From: an uncultured bacterium
GTDB lineage: Bacteria; Fidelibacterota; Marinisomatia; Marinisomatales; JABMOV01
NCBI GenBank assembly: GCA_964654545.1
Contig: CAZZIU010000003.1
Coordinates: 73,201-137,200, forward strand
Length of the DNA: 64,000 nucleotides
Direction of reading: 5' to 3'
Shown here: piece after piece, positions 52,094 through 61,715 of the stretch
Layout of the letters: every line of letters starts with the position of its first letter
Numbering within the stretch: the stretch's first letter is position 1
Made by a program: the position numbers and the translations under genes
The notes under the pieces: generated by a model
What the model saw: the letters and a program-made list of their open reading frames with translations, nothing else
Told to the model about the DNA's origin: nothing
Database searches by the model: none

Positions 52094-52857
52094 GACGAAG
52101 AAACCCGAATCAAGCACGCCGAAAAATAAATAAACGCGTCATACCTAATATTTTTACTGTACTAAATATGTTTCTGGGATTTATGGCTATTACCCAACTC
52201 ATAAAGGGACGGTTAGAGTTGGCAGGATGGTTAATCATAAGTGCCGGTGCTATGGATGCCATAGATGGGAAACTTGCACGTTTGTTTGGTATACCTTCCA
52301 AATTTGGTACCGAATTTGATTCATTTGCTGATACCATATCATTTTGTGTGGCACCGGCACTGCTGATCTATGTTTCATGGGTAAATGGATTACCACCACT
52401 TTTGGCAGGAATTATATCATTCACACCAATTCTTTTCGGCACCATCAGGTTGGCACGCTTTAATCTACTACAGGAGGAGAGCCCTACTTCCTATTTTATC
52501 GGTATTACAACACCCTTATCCGCGCTCGGATTATTTAGTTACTCCATGTTTTCACAGGAAGTCTATGGGAATCTAGGCGATCCACGGATAGGCTTATTCC
52601 TGGCAGTAATGTTGGGCGCAATGATGATCAGTCCTATTCGATTCAGCAAATTTCCATTACTTTCATTCAAGGTAAGTTCTGCAAATACATTCAGTCTGGT
52701 CGGAGTTTTTGCAACCATGATCGCTATCATCATCTGGAAGGGTTTGGTGATCTTTCCGCTATTTCTTATTTATGTGACATGGAGCATTGTAAACTGGATG
52801 ATTCACCCCCATAGATTTGAATTGGATCACACCCTATTTGATGACGATACACCGTAA
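52090..52857 (+). CDS. pssA: CDP-diacylglycerol--serine O-phosphatidyltransferase
   Basis: 255 aa. CDP-alcohol phosphatidyltransferase motif DAIDGKLARLFGIPSKFGTEFDSFAD. Confidence 0.92.
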   Translation: MRRRNPNQARRKINKRVIPNIFTVLNMFLGFMAITQLIKGRLELAGWLIISAGAMDAIDGKLARLFGIPSKFGTEFDSFADTISFCVAPALLIYVSWVNGLPPLLAGIISFTPILFGTIRLARFNLLQEESPTSYFIGITTPLSALGLFSYSMFSQEVYGNLGDPRIGLFLAVMLGAMMISPIRFSKFPLLSFKVSSANTFSLVGVFATMIAIIIWKGLVIFPLFLIYVTWSIVNWMIHPHRFELDHTLFDDDTP

Positions 52858-53144
52858 TGAATAAACGAAAAATCTCAATAATATTTCTGGTATTGCTGTT
52901 AGGTGCAATGCTTGGTACCGTATTAGGCCAAATTTTAGGATGGATCCTGCCAGAAAGTGTTGTTCGTGATTTTTTTCTTCTTAGTGCGGATTTTTCATTG
53001 GGTGGATTGATCGGCAGTGAAACTGGGGTTATTAACCTAAATCTTGGGTTTTTAACCGTACAGTTTGGTCTTGCGCTAACCATTAACTTTACCACCATCA
53101 TAGGATTGGCTACCGCATATTATTTTTTGCGGTATTTCCGTTAA
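52857..53144 (+). CDS. Small membrane protein, DUF4321-like
   Basis: 95 aa with two hydrophobic segments. The start overlaps the pssA stop (TAATG). Family call is from memory. Confidence 0.6.
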   Translation: MNKRKISIIFLVLLLGAMLGTVLGQILGWILPESVVRDFFLLSADFSLGGLIGSETGVINLNLGFLTVQFGLALTINFTTIIGLATAYYFLRYFR

Positions 53145-53182
53145 CATTCCTGTTAAATTTTGATACAACACGGGAGCATATT

Positions 53183-53407
53183 ATGAGTATCATGGACATT
53201 CATTTGGCGATATTAAATTTGGGTTATGGTGAGATTCTGCTCATATTTTTGGTCATTTTACTGTTATTCGGTGCCAAACGTTTACCTGAATTAGCAAAAG
53301 GACTTGGTCAAGGAATAAGAGAATTCAAAGGGGCAGTAGATGGTGCAAAAAAAGAAATCGATGATGCCACCAAGAAAGTCGATTTGGATTCAAACGACCC
53401 TGAATAA
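53183..53407 (+). CDS. tatA: Twin-arginine translocase subunit TatA/TatE
   Basis: 74 aa. TM plus amphipathic helix, [24 protein letters not shown]. Confidence 0.93.
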   Translation: MSIMDIHLAILNLGYGEILLIFLVILLLFGAKRLPELAKGLGQGIREFKGAVDGAKKEIDDATKKVDLDSNDPE

Positions 53408-53430
53408 AACATCAAACGTATTCCTATTAT

Positions 53431-53462
53431 GATTCTTCAACTTCGTGAAGAATCTATTTTTT
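53431..53462 (+). terminator. Rho-independent terminator after tatA
   Basis: Perfect 9-bp stem GATTCTTCA / TGAAGAATC (53431-53439 / 53446-53454), 6-nt loop, then TATTTTTT. Confidence 0.8.
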
Positions 53463-53551
53463 CATTATAAAATCAATTTTGTTTATATCGAAACAATTTT
53501 CAAAAATAATCGTAATGTGGATTTTAGCATTGAATAAAAATTTGGAGAGGT

Positions 53552-54526
53552 ATGATTGAGTTTTCACATCCCTGGTATCTGGCGCTTGGGATTGTGCTAC
53601 CATTTGTAGCTTATTTATTATATCGCCCCAGCTCGCAGCGTGAAGGAACCATTCGAATCTCCAGCAAATCAATTATACCGGCAACCATGATTAAACGTGG
53701 TAGAAAAAAGAGGGGATTGCTTCATAGTCTTGAGATAGTGATTTTAACCTGTATAGTGGTTGGTTTGGCTGGACCCAGATCGCGGGATAAACTGCAAGAA
53801 ACAAGCGTTGAAGTTGTAGATATCATACTGGCCGTTGATATAAGCAGCAGTATGTTGGCTGAAGATTTTAAACCCAATCGGCTGGAGGCAGTAAAAGAAA
53901 CTGCAAAAGAATTCATTCATGCCAGAGCAACGGATAGAATTGGTATACTGGTCTTTGCTGGGGAGACATTTATTCAGTGCCCGCTGACGGTAGATAAAGA
54001 TGTTTTGACAAGTCTGCTCCAGGATATTCAGGTAGCTGAAAGGGAATACGATGGAACTGCCATTGGGATGGTTATTGCCAATGCGGCAAATCGCTTGAGG
54101 CAGAGTGATGCAAAAAGTAAAATAATTGTACTTCTATCCGATGGAAGTAACAATGCCGGTGAACTGGACCCCATAACCGCTGCGGACTTAGCCCAACAAT
54201 TCAATATTAAAATTTACACAATCGGTGCTGGAACCAATCAGTCAACGACCTATATCCCTAACCGTGGTTATGTCAGGAATGAGATAGATGAAGAAACCTT
54301 AAAAGCTATCGCTGATAAAACCGGCGGAAAATACTTTCGTGCTACGGATGTGCGGTCATTGGAAAACGTTTACCGGGAAATAGATTCATTGGAGCGCACG
54401 GAAATTGAAGTTAAAGAATTCAATTTATATCATGAATTATATGGGTGGTTTTTGATTCCAGCTGTGATTTTTGGCTTGGTCCATAGATCGTTGCGCAATC
54501 TATGGATGAGAAGGATTACCTCATGA
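53552..54526 (+). CDS. batA: vWA-domain membrane protein BatA
   Basis: 324 aa. N-terminal FSHPWYL motif plus TM. vWA domain with MIDAS DISSSM. C-terminal TM. Followed by a second vWA gene, TPR genes and BatD. Confidence 0.88.
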   Translation: MIEFSHPWYLALGIVLPFVAYLLYRPSSQREGTIRISSKSIIPATMIKRGRKKRGLLHSLEIVILTCIVVGLAGPRSRDKLQETSVEVVDIILAVDISSSMLAEDFKPNRLEAVKETAKEFIHARATDRIGILVFAGETFIQCPLTVDKDVLTSLLQDIQVAEREYDGTAIGMVIANAANRLRQSDAKSKIIVLLSDGSNNAGELDPITAADLAQQFNIKIYTIGAGTNQSTTYIPNRGYVRNEIDEETLKAIADKTGGKYFRATDVRSLENVYREIDSLERTEIEVKEFNLYHELYGWFLIPAVIFGLVHRSLRNLWMRRITS

Positions 54527-55551
54527 GTTGGCGTTATCCACTGGTTTTGATACTCTTGATTGCCCTGTTCGCAGTTAATCTAATTATCCGGCTAATACAA
54601 AATAGACGAGGGCCCATTTTACCGTCCGCAAGTAAATCAGTACGTACCAATCTCCTAACAAGAATCGATTTTCGCCGGTTAACCTTTAGAAACAGCATTT
54701 TGTTCTGGGGCATGGGTTTTCTCATCATCGCATCCGCTGGTCCACAAATTGGAGTGCGAGTGAAACCGGTTGAACGCAAAGGGGTTGACCTGGTATTTGC
54801 AATTGATGTTTCCACTAGTATGGATGCGGAAGATGTGGTACCCAGCCGCCTTGAAAAAGCCAAATACGAGATTGGACAGGTCATACGAAATCTAGAAGGT
54901 GACCGGGTGGCGTTGATCGTTTTCGCCGGTTCCAGTCATCTTTATTTACCATTAACAAGCGATTATGAAGCAGCGCTCCTATTTCTGGACGCCATAGATA
55001 CAGATATGATTCCCACGCAGGGTACATCACTGGCAGCAGCATTGCAAACGGGAATTTCTGCATTCAGCGAAGATTCGGAAAAGTATAAAGTGCTGGTGCT
55101 TGTTACCGATGGCGAAGATCACGAGGGAGAAGCTATTGAAATTGCCAGAACAGCAAAAAAGGCTGGTTTTGCAATTCATACCATAGGCGTGGGTACAACT
55201 ACCGGTTCATTAATCCCCCTTAAAACGAAAGATGGAGTGCGGGAAGAATATAAGAAAGATAAACAGGGGAAATTGATCACTTCCGTACTGAATGAATCCC
55301 TATTGCGGGATATCGCACAAGCCGGTGGTGGGATGTTTATACGATTTGACAATCGGTTGGCATCACACAGGGATTTGGTAAAAGCGATCAATCAAATGGA
55401 AAAAAGAACTATTAGTACCCATGAGTATTCTGAATATGAAGATCGCTATCATTTATTTGGCTTATTAGCGTTTGTTTTACTAATTATCGGATTTTTATAT
55501 CCTACCAAACGAATCATCGAGGACGAATGGAGAGGTCGGTTTGTGGAGTAA
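54523..55551 (+). CDS. batB: vWA-domain membrane protein BatB
   Basis: About 342 aa. ATGA overlap with batA (the track start 54502 is inside batA). vWA MIDAS DVSTSM. N- and C-terminal TMs. Confidence 0.85.
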   Translation: MSWRYPLVLILLIALFAVNLIIRLIQNRRGPILPSASKSVRTNLLTRIDFRRLTFRNSILFWGMGFLIIASAGPQIGVRVKPVERKGVDLVFAIDVSTSMDAEDVVPSRLEKAKYEIGQVIRNLEGDRVALIVFAGSSHLYLPLTSDYEAALLFLDAIDTDMIPTQGTSLAAALQTGISAFSEDSEKYKVLVLVTDGEDHEGEAIEIARTAKKAGFAIHTIGVGTTTGSLIPLKTKDGVREEYKKDKQGKLITSVLNESLLRDIAQAGGGMFIRFDNRLASHRDLVKAINQMEKRTISTHEYSEYEDRYHLFGLLAFVLLIIGFLYPTKRIIEDEWRGRFVE

Positions 55552-56164
55552 AATTCATCTCGTTATAATTGGATTATCAGTAATCATGGCGCAGAAAAAA
55601 AGTGACGAGGGTCTGGCGCATTATAGAAACAATAATTTTGCAGAAGCACGTTCCTATTATGAACATATAATAGCCGAAGACAGTGAAAATGATTACGCCT
55701 GGTTTGGCTTGGGAGTGAGTGCACTTGAGCAAGGTGATATGGAGACCTCCGCCATGGCATTCAGTAAAGTTGCCTCGGATCCAGAAAGTGCACTGCAGTC
55801 CGATGCGATATATAATTTGGGACACGTTGCATTCAACAACCAGAAAATCCAAGAAAGTATGGCTTTATTCAGAGAGGCAATTTCATTAAATCCGCAGGAC
55901 CAGGATGCAAAGTATAATTTTGAATTTCTCTTGCACCAGGAGCAACAAAAACAGGATAATAAAAATAATGATGCTACTCCGGAGCCTTCCGAAGAAGCAC
56001 AGCGAATTAAAAAAGAAGCCGAGAAACTGGTGGCTGAACGAAAATATCCTGAAGCCATTCAATTAATGGAGGACTTGTTGCAACGGGATCAAACTGCCGT
56101 ATCCTATCAGGACTATGTGCAAAGAATACGTGATATTTATACCATCGTAGCAGGTGCACAATGA
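55541..56164 (+). CDS. batC: TPR-repeat protein, BatC-like
   Basis: 207 aa, GTG start. N-terminal hydrophobic segment and TPR repeats (AWFGLGVSALEQGD..., AIYNLGHVAF...). Position after batB. Confidence 0.7.
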   Translation: MWSKIHLVIIGLSVIMAQKKSDEGLAHYRNNNFAEARSYYEHIIAEDSENDYAWFGLGVSALEQGDMETSAMAFSKVASDPESALQSDAIYNLGHVAFNNQKIQESMALFREAISLNPQDQDAKYNFEFLLHQEQQKQDNKNNDATPEPSEEAQRIKKEAEKLVAERKYPEAIQLMEDLLQRDQTAVSYQDYVQRIRDIYTIVAGAQ

Positions 56165-56742
56165 ACAGGCTCTTATTACTCATTGCCATTTCAACTTCCA
56201 TCGCCATTGCGAGAGGCTGGGAAGATTTCTTCCATACCGCTGCGAATTATTATACACTGGGTCAAAAACAGAAAGCGGCACAGTTTGTTCAGGATGGGTT
56301 GTACTACTATCCTGACAATCCACAATTAAATGCATTGGGTGGATTGCTAACGGATGAGGAACAGGAAAAACAACAACAGGAACAACAGCAATCCCAGGAT
56401 CAAAATCAGGATCAGCAAGAAGAGCAAAAGCAGGAGAATAGTCAGAAGGGTCAGGAAAAGCAATCTGAGGAGCAACAACAAACGCAGGAAGAGCAGGAAT
56501 CACAGGATCAAAAACAGAAAGAGCAACTAGAACAATCTGACCAATCTGAAAATGAGGATCAAAAACAGGAAGGAAAACAGGAACAGCAGGTTCAAAAAAA
56601 TGATGAGGACAATGCTGAGCAGGTAAGCGAGGATCAACTCAATGCTGCGGCCATTCTTGATGCATTGAAGGATGACGAAAAAATTCACCAGAAGCGACAA
56701 ATAGCCAAGAAATCTTCACGTAAATTGGAAAAGGACTGGTAG
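56161..56742 (+). CDS. Signal-peptide protein with a long Q/E/D/K-rich low-complexity region (second BatC-like gene)
   Basis: 193 aa. Signal-like N-terminus, one TPR-like helix pair, about 100 aa of Q/E-rich sequence, C-terminus ...KKSSRKLEKDW. ATGA overlap with batC. Confidence 0.6.
   Translation: MNRLLLLIAISTSIAIARGWEDFFHTAANYYTLGQKQKAAQFVQDGLYYYPDNPQLNALGGLLTDEEQEKQQQEQQQSQDQNQDQQEEQKQENSQKGQEKQSEEQQQTQEEQESQDQKQKEQLEQSDQSENEDQKQEGKQEQQVQKNDEDNAEQVSEDQLNAAAILDALKDDEKIHQKRQIAKKSSRKLEKDW
56340..56640 (+). repeat. CAG/CAA/GAA-rich low-complexity coding DNA
   Basis: Dense caa/cag/gaa/gat codon runs. No exact tandem unit seen by eye. Confidence 0.6.
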
Positions 56743-56751
56743 TAATTTTTA

Positions 56752-58518
56752 ATGATGACTGACAGACAAAAACAACCAATTCGTCCATCGACTCTTATAC
56801 TTCTGAGTATTTTTCTCGCATCATTTTTTACCGTGTTATCAGCACAAAAAGTGTCAGCCACAGTGGACGTGAGGTCTTTTACAATTAATGAGGTAGTTAC
56901 TTTTACAATATCTGCTGAAGATGCCTCTGATAATCCAACTGCAGATATTTCACCTTTATTAAAAGATTTTTCGATTGTCAGCGGACCGTCCACACAAACC
57001 AATATGCAATTTGTGAATGGTCGCATGACGTCCTCTAGAAATATTTCCTGGACTCTCATTGCCAACCGGGATGGGGAAATAACAATTCCAACATTGGCTG
57101 TAAAATTGGGACGAAAAACTTTTCACACAAAACCTATCGATCTAAAAGTAAAAAAATCCGATGTGACAGGTGATCCGGATGATTTGTTTGTTGTTGCTGA
57201 AGTAGATAAACGATCTGTGGTAGTCGGTGAACAAATCACCGTTGTTTACAAATTATATACTCGAGTAAACATGACAATAAAGGAATTGCAATCACCAGAG
57301 TACGTGGGATTTTGGACAGAAGAACTTTATTCCCCCAGACAAATTGATTTTCGTGATACCCAAATCAAAGGTGAGCGATATAAGGTAGCAACGCTTTATA
57401 AGGTAGCCTTATTTCCCACCAAAACCGGTGAGATTGTTTTACCACCCATGGTTCTGAACTGTAATGTGGAAATAAGGCAGAAAAATCGACGTCGTAGTGT
57501 CTGGGATGATCCTTTTTTCAATTCGCTTGATCCCTTTTTTGGCAATCGTTCCACCAAACCAAGAATTATTCGTACGGATGAGGAAATTATTAAAGTACGA
57601 TCTTTTGATGGCTTACCACCGATCGGTTATACCAACGCGGTTGGCCAATTTAAACTGAATAGCAATGTGGATGACAAAGATGTAAAAGCAAATGAAGCAA
57701 TTACGTTTCAAGTTGTACTTCATGGTACTGGGAATTTGCCAATTCTCAAATTACCGGATATTGAATTTCCTGCTGACTTGGAAGTATTTCCACCGACTTC
57801 GGACACACAACGTGATCCATTTCGGGATGAAATCACAGGTACAATTACTCTGGAGTATATACTGATCCCACGCAAACCAGGAACCTACATACTTCCAAGG
57901 ATAAAATTTTCATACTACAATCCAAAATTGCGAGCATGGGAGAGTTCTGAAACGCAGGCTATTCGATTAACAGTAAACCCCGGTGAACAGCCGGTAAATG
58001 CTGGTCCTGGATTTACAAAAGAAGAAATTGTTTTATTGGGGAAGGATATACGCTATATCAAACCGGATGTACCCAGATGGAACACGAATGCAGCCATGAA
58101 TTTTCAATGGATTTTTCTTGTGTATTATGGAGCAGCTTTTGGTCTGTTTTTGATACCCGGAAGAATTCTGACCTATCGTAAACGGTGGGCTGGAACAGAG
58201 ATTCAGAGAACTTCAAAAAAAGCATTACGATCAGCCGAAAAGAAATTGGTACAAAAACAGGAAGATGTTTTTGGACAATCGGCCGCTGTAATATATTCTT
58301 ATCTTCAGGAAAAATTTCAGTTGGATTCCGATAATCTGGACCCACTTTCTGTACGAAATCATTTTGACACGATTCTGCGGGGAGAAACATTGATAAAATT
58401 GGAGGAGTTACTCCGGATTTGTGATGCGGGAAGATTTTCACCAGGTGCGATTGGTAGGGAAGAAAATATACTAAGAGAAACCAAAACAATAGTAAGAGAG
58501 ATCGATGGTCAGGTATAG
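56752..58518 (+). CDS. batD: BatD family protein (oxygen-tolerance protein)
   Basis: 588 aa. Signal peptide, repeated Ig-like beta domains, one C-terminal-half TM (FQWIFLVYYGAAFGLFLIPG), cytoplasmic helical tail. Canonical position in a Bat cluster. Confidence 0.8.
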   Translation: MMTDRQKQPIRPSTLILLSIFLASFFTVLSAQKVSATVDVRSFTINEVVTFTISAEDASDNPTADISPLLKDFSIVSGPSTQTNMQFVNGRMTSSRNISWTLIANRDGEITIPTLAVKLGRKTFHTKPIDLKVKKSDVTGDPDDLFVVAEVDKRSVVVGEQITVVYKLYTRVNMTIKELQSPEYVGFWTEELYSPRQIDFRDTQIKGERYKVATLYKVALFPTKTGEIVLPPMVLNCNVEIRQKNRRRSVWDDPFFNSLDPFFGNRSTKPRIIRTDEEIIKVRSFDGLPPIGYTNAVGQFKLNSNVDDKDVKANEAITFQVVLHGTGNLPILKLPDIEFPADLEVFPPTSDTQRDPFRDEITGTITLEYILIPRKPGTYILPRIKFSYYNPKLRAWESSETQAIRLTVNPGEQPVNAGPGFTKEEIVLLGKDIRYIKPDVPRWNTNAAMNFQWIFLVYYGAAFGLFLIPGRILTYRKRWAGTEIQRTSKKALRSAEKKLVQKQEDVFGQSAAVIYSYLQEKFQLDSDNLDPLSVRNHFDTILRGETLIKLEELLRICDAGRFSPGAIGREENILRETKTIVREIDGQV

Positions 58519-59254
58519 TATAACCCTCATTACTCTTCTTACTATTGGATTTGGTCAATCTAATGTGCCGGATAAATTATTTCTTGAAGGTAATCAGGCA
58601 ATGACGGAGGAAGATTACCGAGCAGCTGCTGATAAATATGAAGAAATACTGGCACAGGGTTACACCCATAAAAATCTATTTTACAATCTGGGGAATGCAT
58701 ACTACCGACTCGGCTACAATGGGTTGGCCATTTGGGCATATGAGAAGGGATTACAGCTTGATCCACAGGATGGGGATTTAAAGTACAATCTGGCCATCGC
58801 AAATGCCCAGGTCAGGGACCGTATTGAAGCTCCTGACATGGTTTTTATACTTGAATGGTATCGATTGATTAAATCACTATTTTCAATTCAGCAGTGGATT
58901 TTCATCGGACTTGGATTGGCAGCCACCGGTGGGATTATCTTTAATATCAATCGTTTCACTTCAAATTCAGGATTTGGCAAAAACCTTGTATTTATTATGC
59001 TAATTTTGTCTGCAGTTTGTCACAGTATTGCTCTCAATCGATATTGGGATAACACAGAGTATTCGGAGGCGGTGATTGTTGATACGGAGGTTTTTGCTTA
59101 TTCAGCACCTTTTGAACGATCTGATATCATGTTATTTAAAATCCACGAAGGAATTAAAGTCGAAATCGTTCAATCGCAGGATGATTGGACTGAAATTATT
59201 CTTTTGGATGGAAAACAGGGATGGATTAGATCTGACACTATCAGGGGGATATAA
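58505..59254 (+). CDS. batE: TPR plus SH3-like domain membrane protein, BatE-like
   Basis: 249 aa. TPR repeats (LFYNLGNAYYRLG..., AYEKGLQLDPQD), two TMs, and a C-terminal SH3b-like segment (...DDWTEIILLDGKQGWIRSDTI). Confidence 0.7.
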   Translation: MVRYSITLITLLTIGFGQSNVPDKLFLEGNQAMTEEDYRAAADKYEEILAQGYTHKNLFYNLGNAYYRLGYNGLAIWAYEKGLQLDPQDGDLKYNLAIANAQVRDRIEAPDMVFILEWYRLIKSLFSIQQWIFIGLGLAATGGIIFNINRFTSNSGFGKNLVFIMLILSAVCHSIALNRYWDNTEYSEAVIVDTEVFAYSAPFERSDIMLFKIHEGIKVEIVQSQDDWTEIILLDGKQGWIRSDTIRGI

Positions 59255-59323
59255 TTCATAATTATTATGTTCATATGAAAAATTGCTTGGAACATTAACC
59301 TATCGCTAGGAACTTTATCTGTA

Positions 59324-59761
59324 ATGATAAAACATATTTTTATGGTATCAATTCTAGTATGTAGCCTTTCTGCTCAAACAGATGAGAAAAAAAAGCCTCT
59401 TTTTGATCCGAACAGTCTGAATGATCCAGAACCAAGCTGGCCAAAAGTCATGCATCCGTTATTACCTTTAGAAGATATTGAAATGACAACGGACTTAGGT
59501 GAAAACAGCGATCAATTAATTAACGGATATCGGGTGCAGGTAATGGCTACAAGATATTATGAAAAAGCGGATAGCCTGCGAAATGTATTGACCGAACAAT
59601 TTGGATCTGAAGTATATATCGATTTTGAGGCACCCAATTATAAGGTAAGGGTGGGGAATTGCATCGTTCGTAAAGATGCGGAAATTTTGCAGGCAAAACT
59701 TAAATCGATACGTTATGAGTCTGCCTGGATTATAAGAACCAGAGTGTATACACAGTATTAA
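59324..59761 (+). CDS. SPOR-domain protein
   Basis: 145 aa with a signal peptide. C-terminal SPOR-like repeat GYRVQVMAT...ADSLRNVL...YKVRVGNCIVRKDAEILQAKL. Confidence 0.8.
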   Translation: MIKHIFMVSILVCSLSAQTDEKKKPLFDPNSLNDPEPSWPKVMHPLLPLEDIEMTTDLGENSDQLINGYRVQVMATRYYEKADSLRNVLTEQFGSEVYIDFEAPNYKVRVGNCIVRKDAEILQAKLKSIRYESAWIIRTRVYTQY

Positions 59762-59869
59762 TTTCATTTTATATCGCAGCAAACTGAAATCTAACCCAAT
59801 TTTGTCTTCTTAGCCGTTGGTTGAGATTGACCATTACATGTAAATTTAACGACATATTAATGAGGAACT

Positions 59870-60613
59870 ATGTCAGGTCATAGCAAGTGGTCAACGATTA
59901 AGCGGAAGAAAGCTGCAGTTGACGCAAAACGCGGTAAAATATTTACAAAAATTATAAAGGAAATTACTGTTGCTGCACGATTAGGAGGCGGCGACGAAAA
60001 TACCAATCCTCGTCTTAGACAGGCAATTCTCGCAGCCAAAGCTGCCAATATGCCTGCCGATAATATGAAAAGGGCCATCCAGAAGGGTATTGGTGAACTC
60101 CCTGGTGTTACCTATGAAGAAGTTACCTATGAGGGATATGGCCCCGGTGGAGTAGCCATCATGATGGAAGTTATTACTGACAATAAAAATCGCATAGTTG
60201 CGGAAATTCGACACCTCATGAGTAAGTATGGTGGGAACCTGGGTGAAAATGGCAGTGTGGCATGGATGTTTGATAACAAGGGTCAAATTGTGATACCAAA
60301 AAGTGCTGGCGAAGAGGACACCATTTTTGAATTAGCCCTGGAGCATGGAGCAGAAGATTTTGTTGCTGAAGATGATTTCTATACCATTACGACTGATCCA
60401 ACAAACGTCATGAGTGTACGGGATGCGCTGGAAAACACAGGTTTAGAAATTGAATCAGCACAGTTGGAAATGATACCAAAAAATTTGCAATCAGTAACCG
60501 GAAAAGATGCAGAAAAATTGATGAATTTGTTGGATTGTTTGGACGATAATGATGATATCAATCAGTTATATACAAATATGGATATTGATGATTCTGATAT
60601 GCAATCTGATTGA
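59870..60613 (+). CDS. YebC/PmpR-family transcriptional regulator
   Basis: 247 aa. N-terminus MSGHSKWSTIKRKKAAVDAKRGKIFTK. Conserved position upstream of ruvC. Confidence 0.95.
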   Translation: MSGHSKWSTIKRKKAAVDAKRGKIFTKIIKEITVAARLGGGDENTNPRLRQAILAAKAANMPADNMKRAIQKGIGELPGVTYEEVTYEGYGPGGVAIMMEVITDNKNRIVAEIRHLMSKYGGNLGENGSVAWMFDNKGQIVIPKSAGEEDTIFELALEHGAEDFVAEDDFYTITTDPTNVMSVRDALENTGLEIESAQLEMIPKNLQSVTGKDAEKLMNLLDCLDDNDDINQLYTNMDIDDSDMQSD

Positions 60614-60628
60614 GTCGAATCCTTGCCA

Positions 60629-61102
60629 ATGAAAGTTATTGGAATAGACCCGGGTTTGTCGACGACTGGTTTTGGAATATTAATTCAAAACCAAGCACAA
60701 ATTCGATCTGTTTGTTATGGGACGATAAAACCGCCAGTCAAGGAATCATTGGCAATTAGGTTAAAATATTTGCACGATGAAATTTTGAAGATTTTTAAAA
60801 CATATCAGCCTGAGACACTGGCAATAGAAGACACCTTTTATCAAAAAAATGTAAAATCCGCTCTCACGCTTGGACAGGCACGAGGGATTTTATTGTTTGC
60901 CGGTGCAAATTTTGGTATCCCCTGTGCAGAATACTCTCCCCGAAAAGTAAAAAAATCTGTTGTTGGTAATGGGGCGGCAACCAAGGAACAAGTACAATTT
61001 ATGGTTCAGCGGATATTGAATTTATCGGAATTACCCACCCCACTCGATGCCAGCGACGCCTTGGCAATCGGTATTTGTCACCTTAACCAAAATAGGTTTT
61101 GA
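60629..61102 (+). CDS. ruvC: Crossover junction endodeoxyribonuclease RuvC
   Basis: About 157 aa. VIGIDPGLSTTGFG, AIEDTFY, DASDALAIGICH. ATG 60629 is used (TTG 60623 also possible). Confidence 0.94.
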   Translation: MKVIGIDPGLSTTGFGILIQNQAQIRSVCYGTIKPPVKESLAIRLKYLHDEILKIFKTYQPETLAIEDTFYQKNVKSALTLGQARGILLFAGANFGIPCAEYSPRKVKKSVVGNGAATKEQVQFMVQRILNLSELPTPLDASDALAIGICHLNQNRF

Positions 61103-61103
61103 A

Positions 61104-61703
61104 ATGATTGATTCAATTCATGGACTTTTATATAAAAAGCAGCCAACCTTCGCAATTTTAGATATAGGGGGTGTTCGGTTTAAAATTCACATAAGCTTGC
61201 CCACATTTGAAGCCATACCAGATGCCGGTTCGGCCACGTCACTTTTAACCTATTTGCATGTGAGAGAAGATATCCTCGATTTATTTGGCTTTCATTCCGA
61301 CGAGCAGCGAGAATTGTTTTTAATGTTAATTGGCATCAGCGGTATCGGTCCGCGGTTAGCAATGACAATATTAGCTGGTGCAACACCAGGGGATTTCCGA
61401 AAAAGAATTATCGCAGGTGATGTGAAATCGCTAACGGTCATTCCGGGAGTGGGGCCAAAAACAGCCAAACGGATGGTTATTGAATTAAAGGAGAAATTTG
61501 TAGACACAGATGATGCAGAAATATTATCCGATATACTGGGGGGCGAAGGTGAAAACACCATGATCAATGATGCAATCCAGGCGATGGTATCCCTAGGGTA
61601 CACCAGGGGCCAGGCCCATCAGGCAATCCGGAAACTGGAAAAATCAGATGGCATTCCGGATACCCTAGAAGAAATTCTGAAAAATGCATTGTCAAAAATG
61701 TAG
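61104..61703 (+). CDS. ruvA: Holliday junction DNA helicase subunit RuvA
   Basis: About 199 aa. MIDSIHGLL start (the track M at 61047 is inside ruvC). HhH motifs ISGIGPRLAMTIL and IPGVGPKTAKRM. C-terminal domain III. Confidence 0.94.
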   Translation: MIDSIHGLLYKKQPTFAILDIGGVRFKIHISLPTFEAIPDAGSATSLLTYLHVREDILDLFGFHSDEQRELFLMLIGISGIGPRLAMTILAGATPGDFRKRIIAGDVKSLTVIPGVGPKTAKRMVIELKEKFVDTDDAEILSDILGGEGENTMINDAIQAMVSLGYTRGQAHQAIRKLEKSDGIPDTLEEILKNALSKM

Positions 61704-61715
61704 TAGGAGAAAAGC

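Noticed and set aside
56340-56640. Repetitive-looking DNA considered as a tandem repeat or CRISPR-like array
   Set aside because: No exact repeat unit or regular spacer periodicity. It is codon-level low complexity (Gln/Glu/Asp/Lys) inside an intact ORF.
58058-58558. 166-aa minus-strand ORF
   Set aside because: It is antisense to the 3' part of batD and the start of batE. No independent support. The plus-strand genes explain the region.
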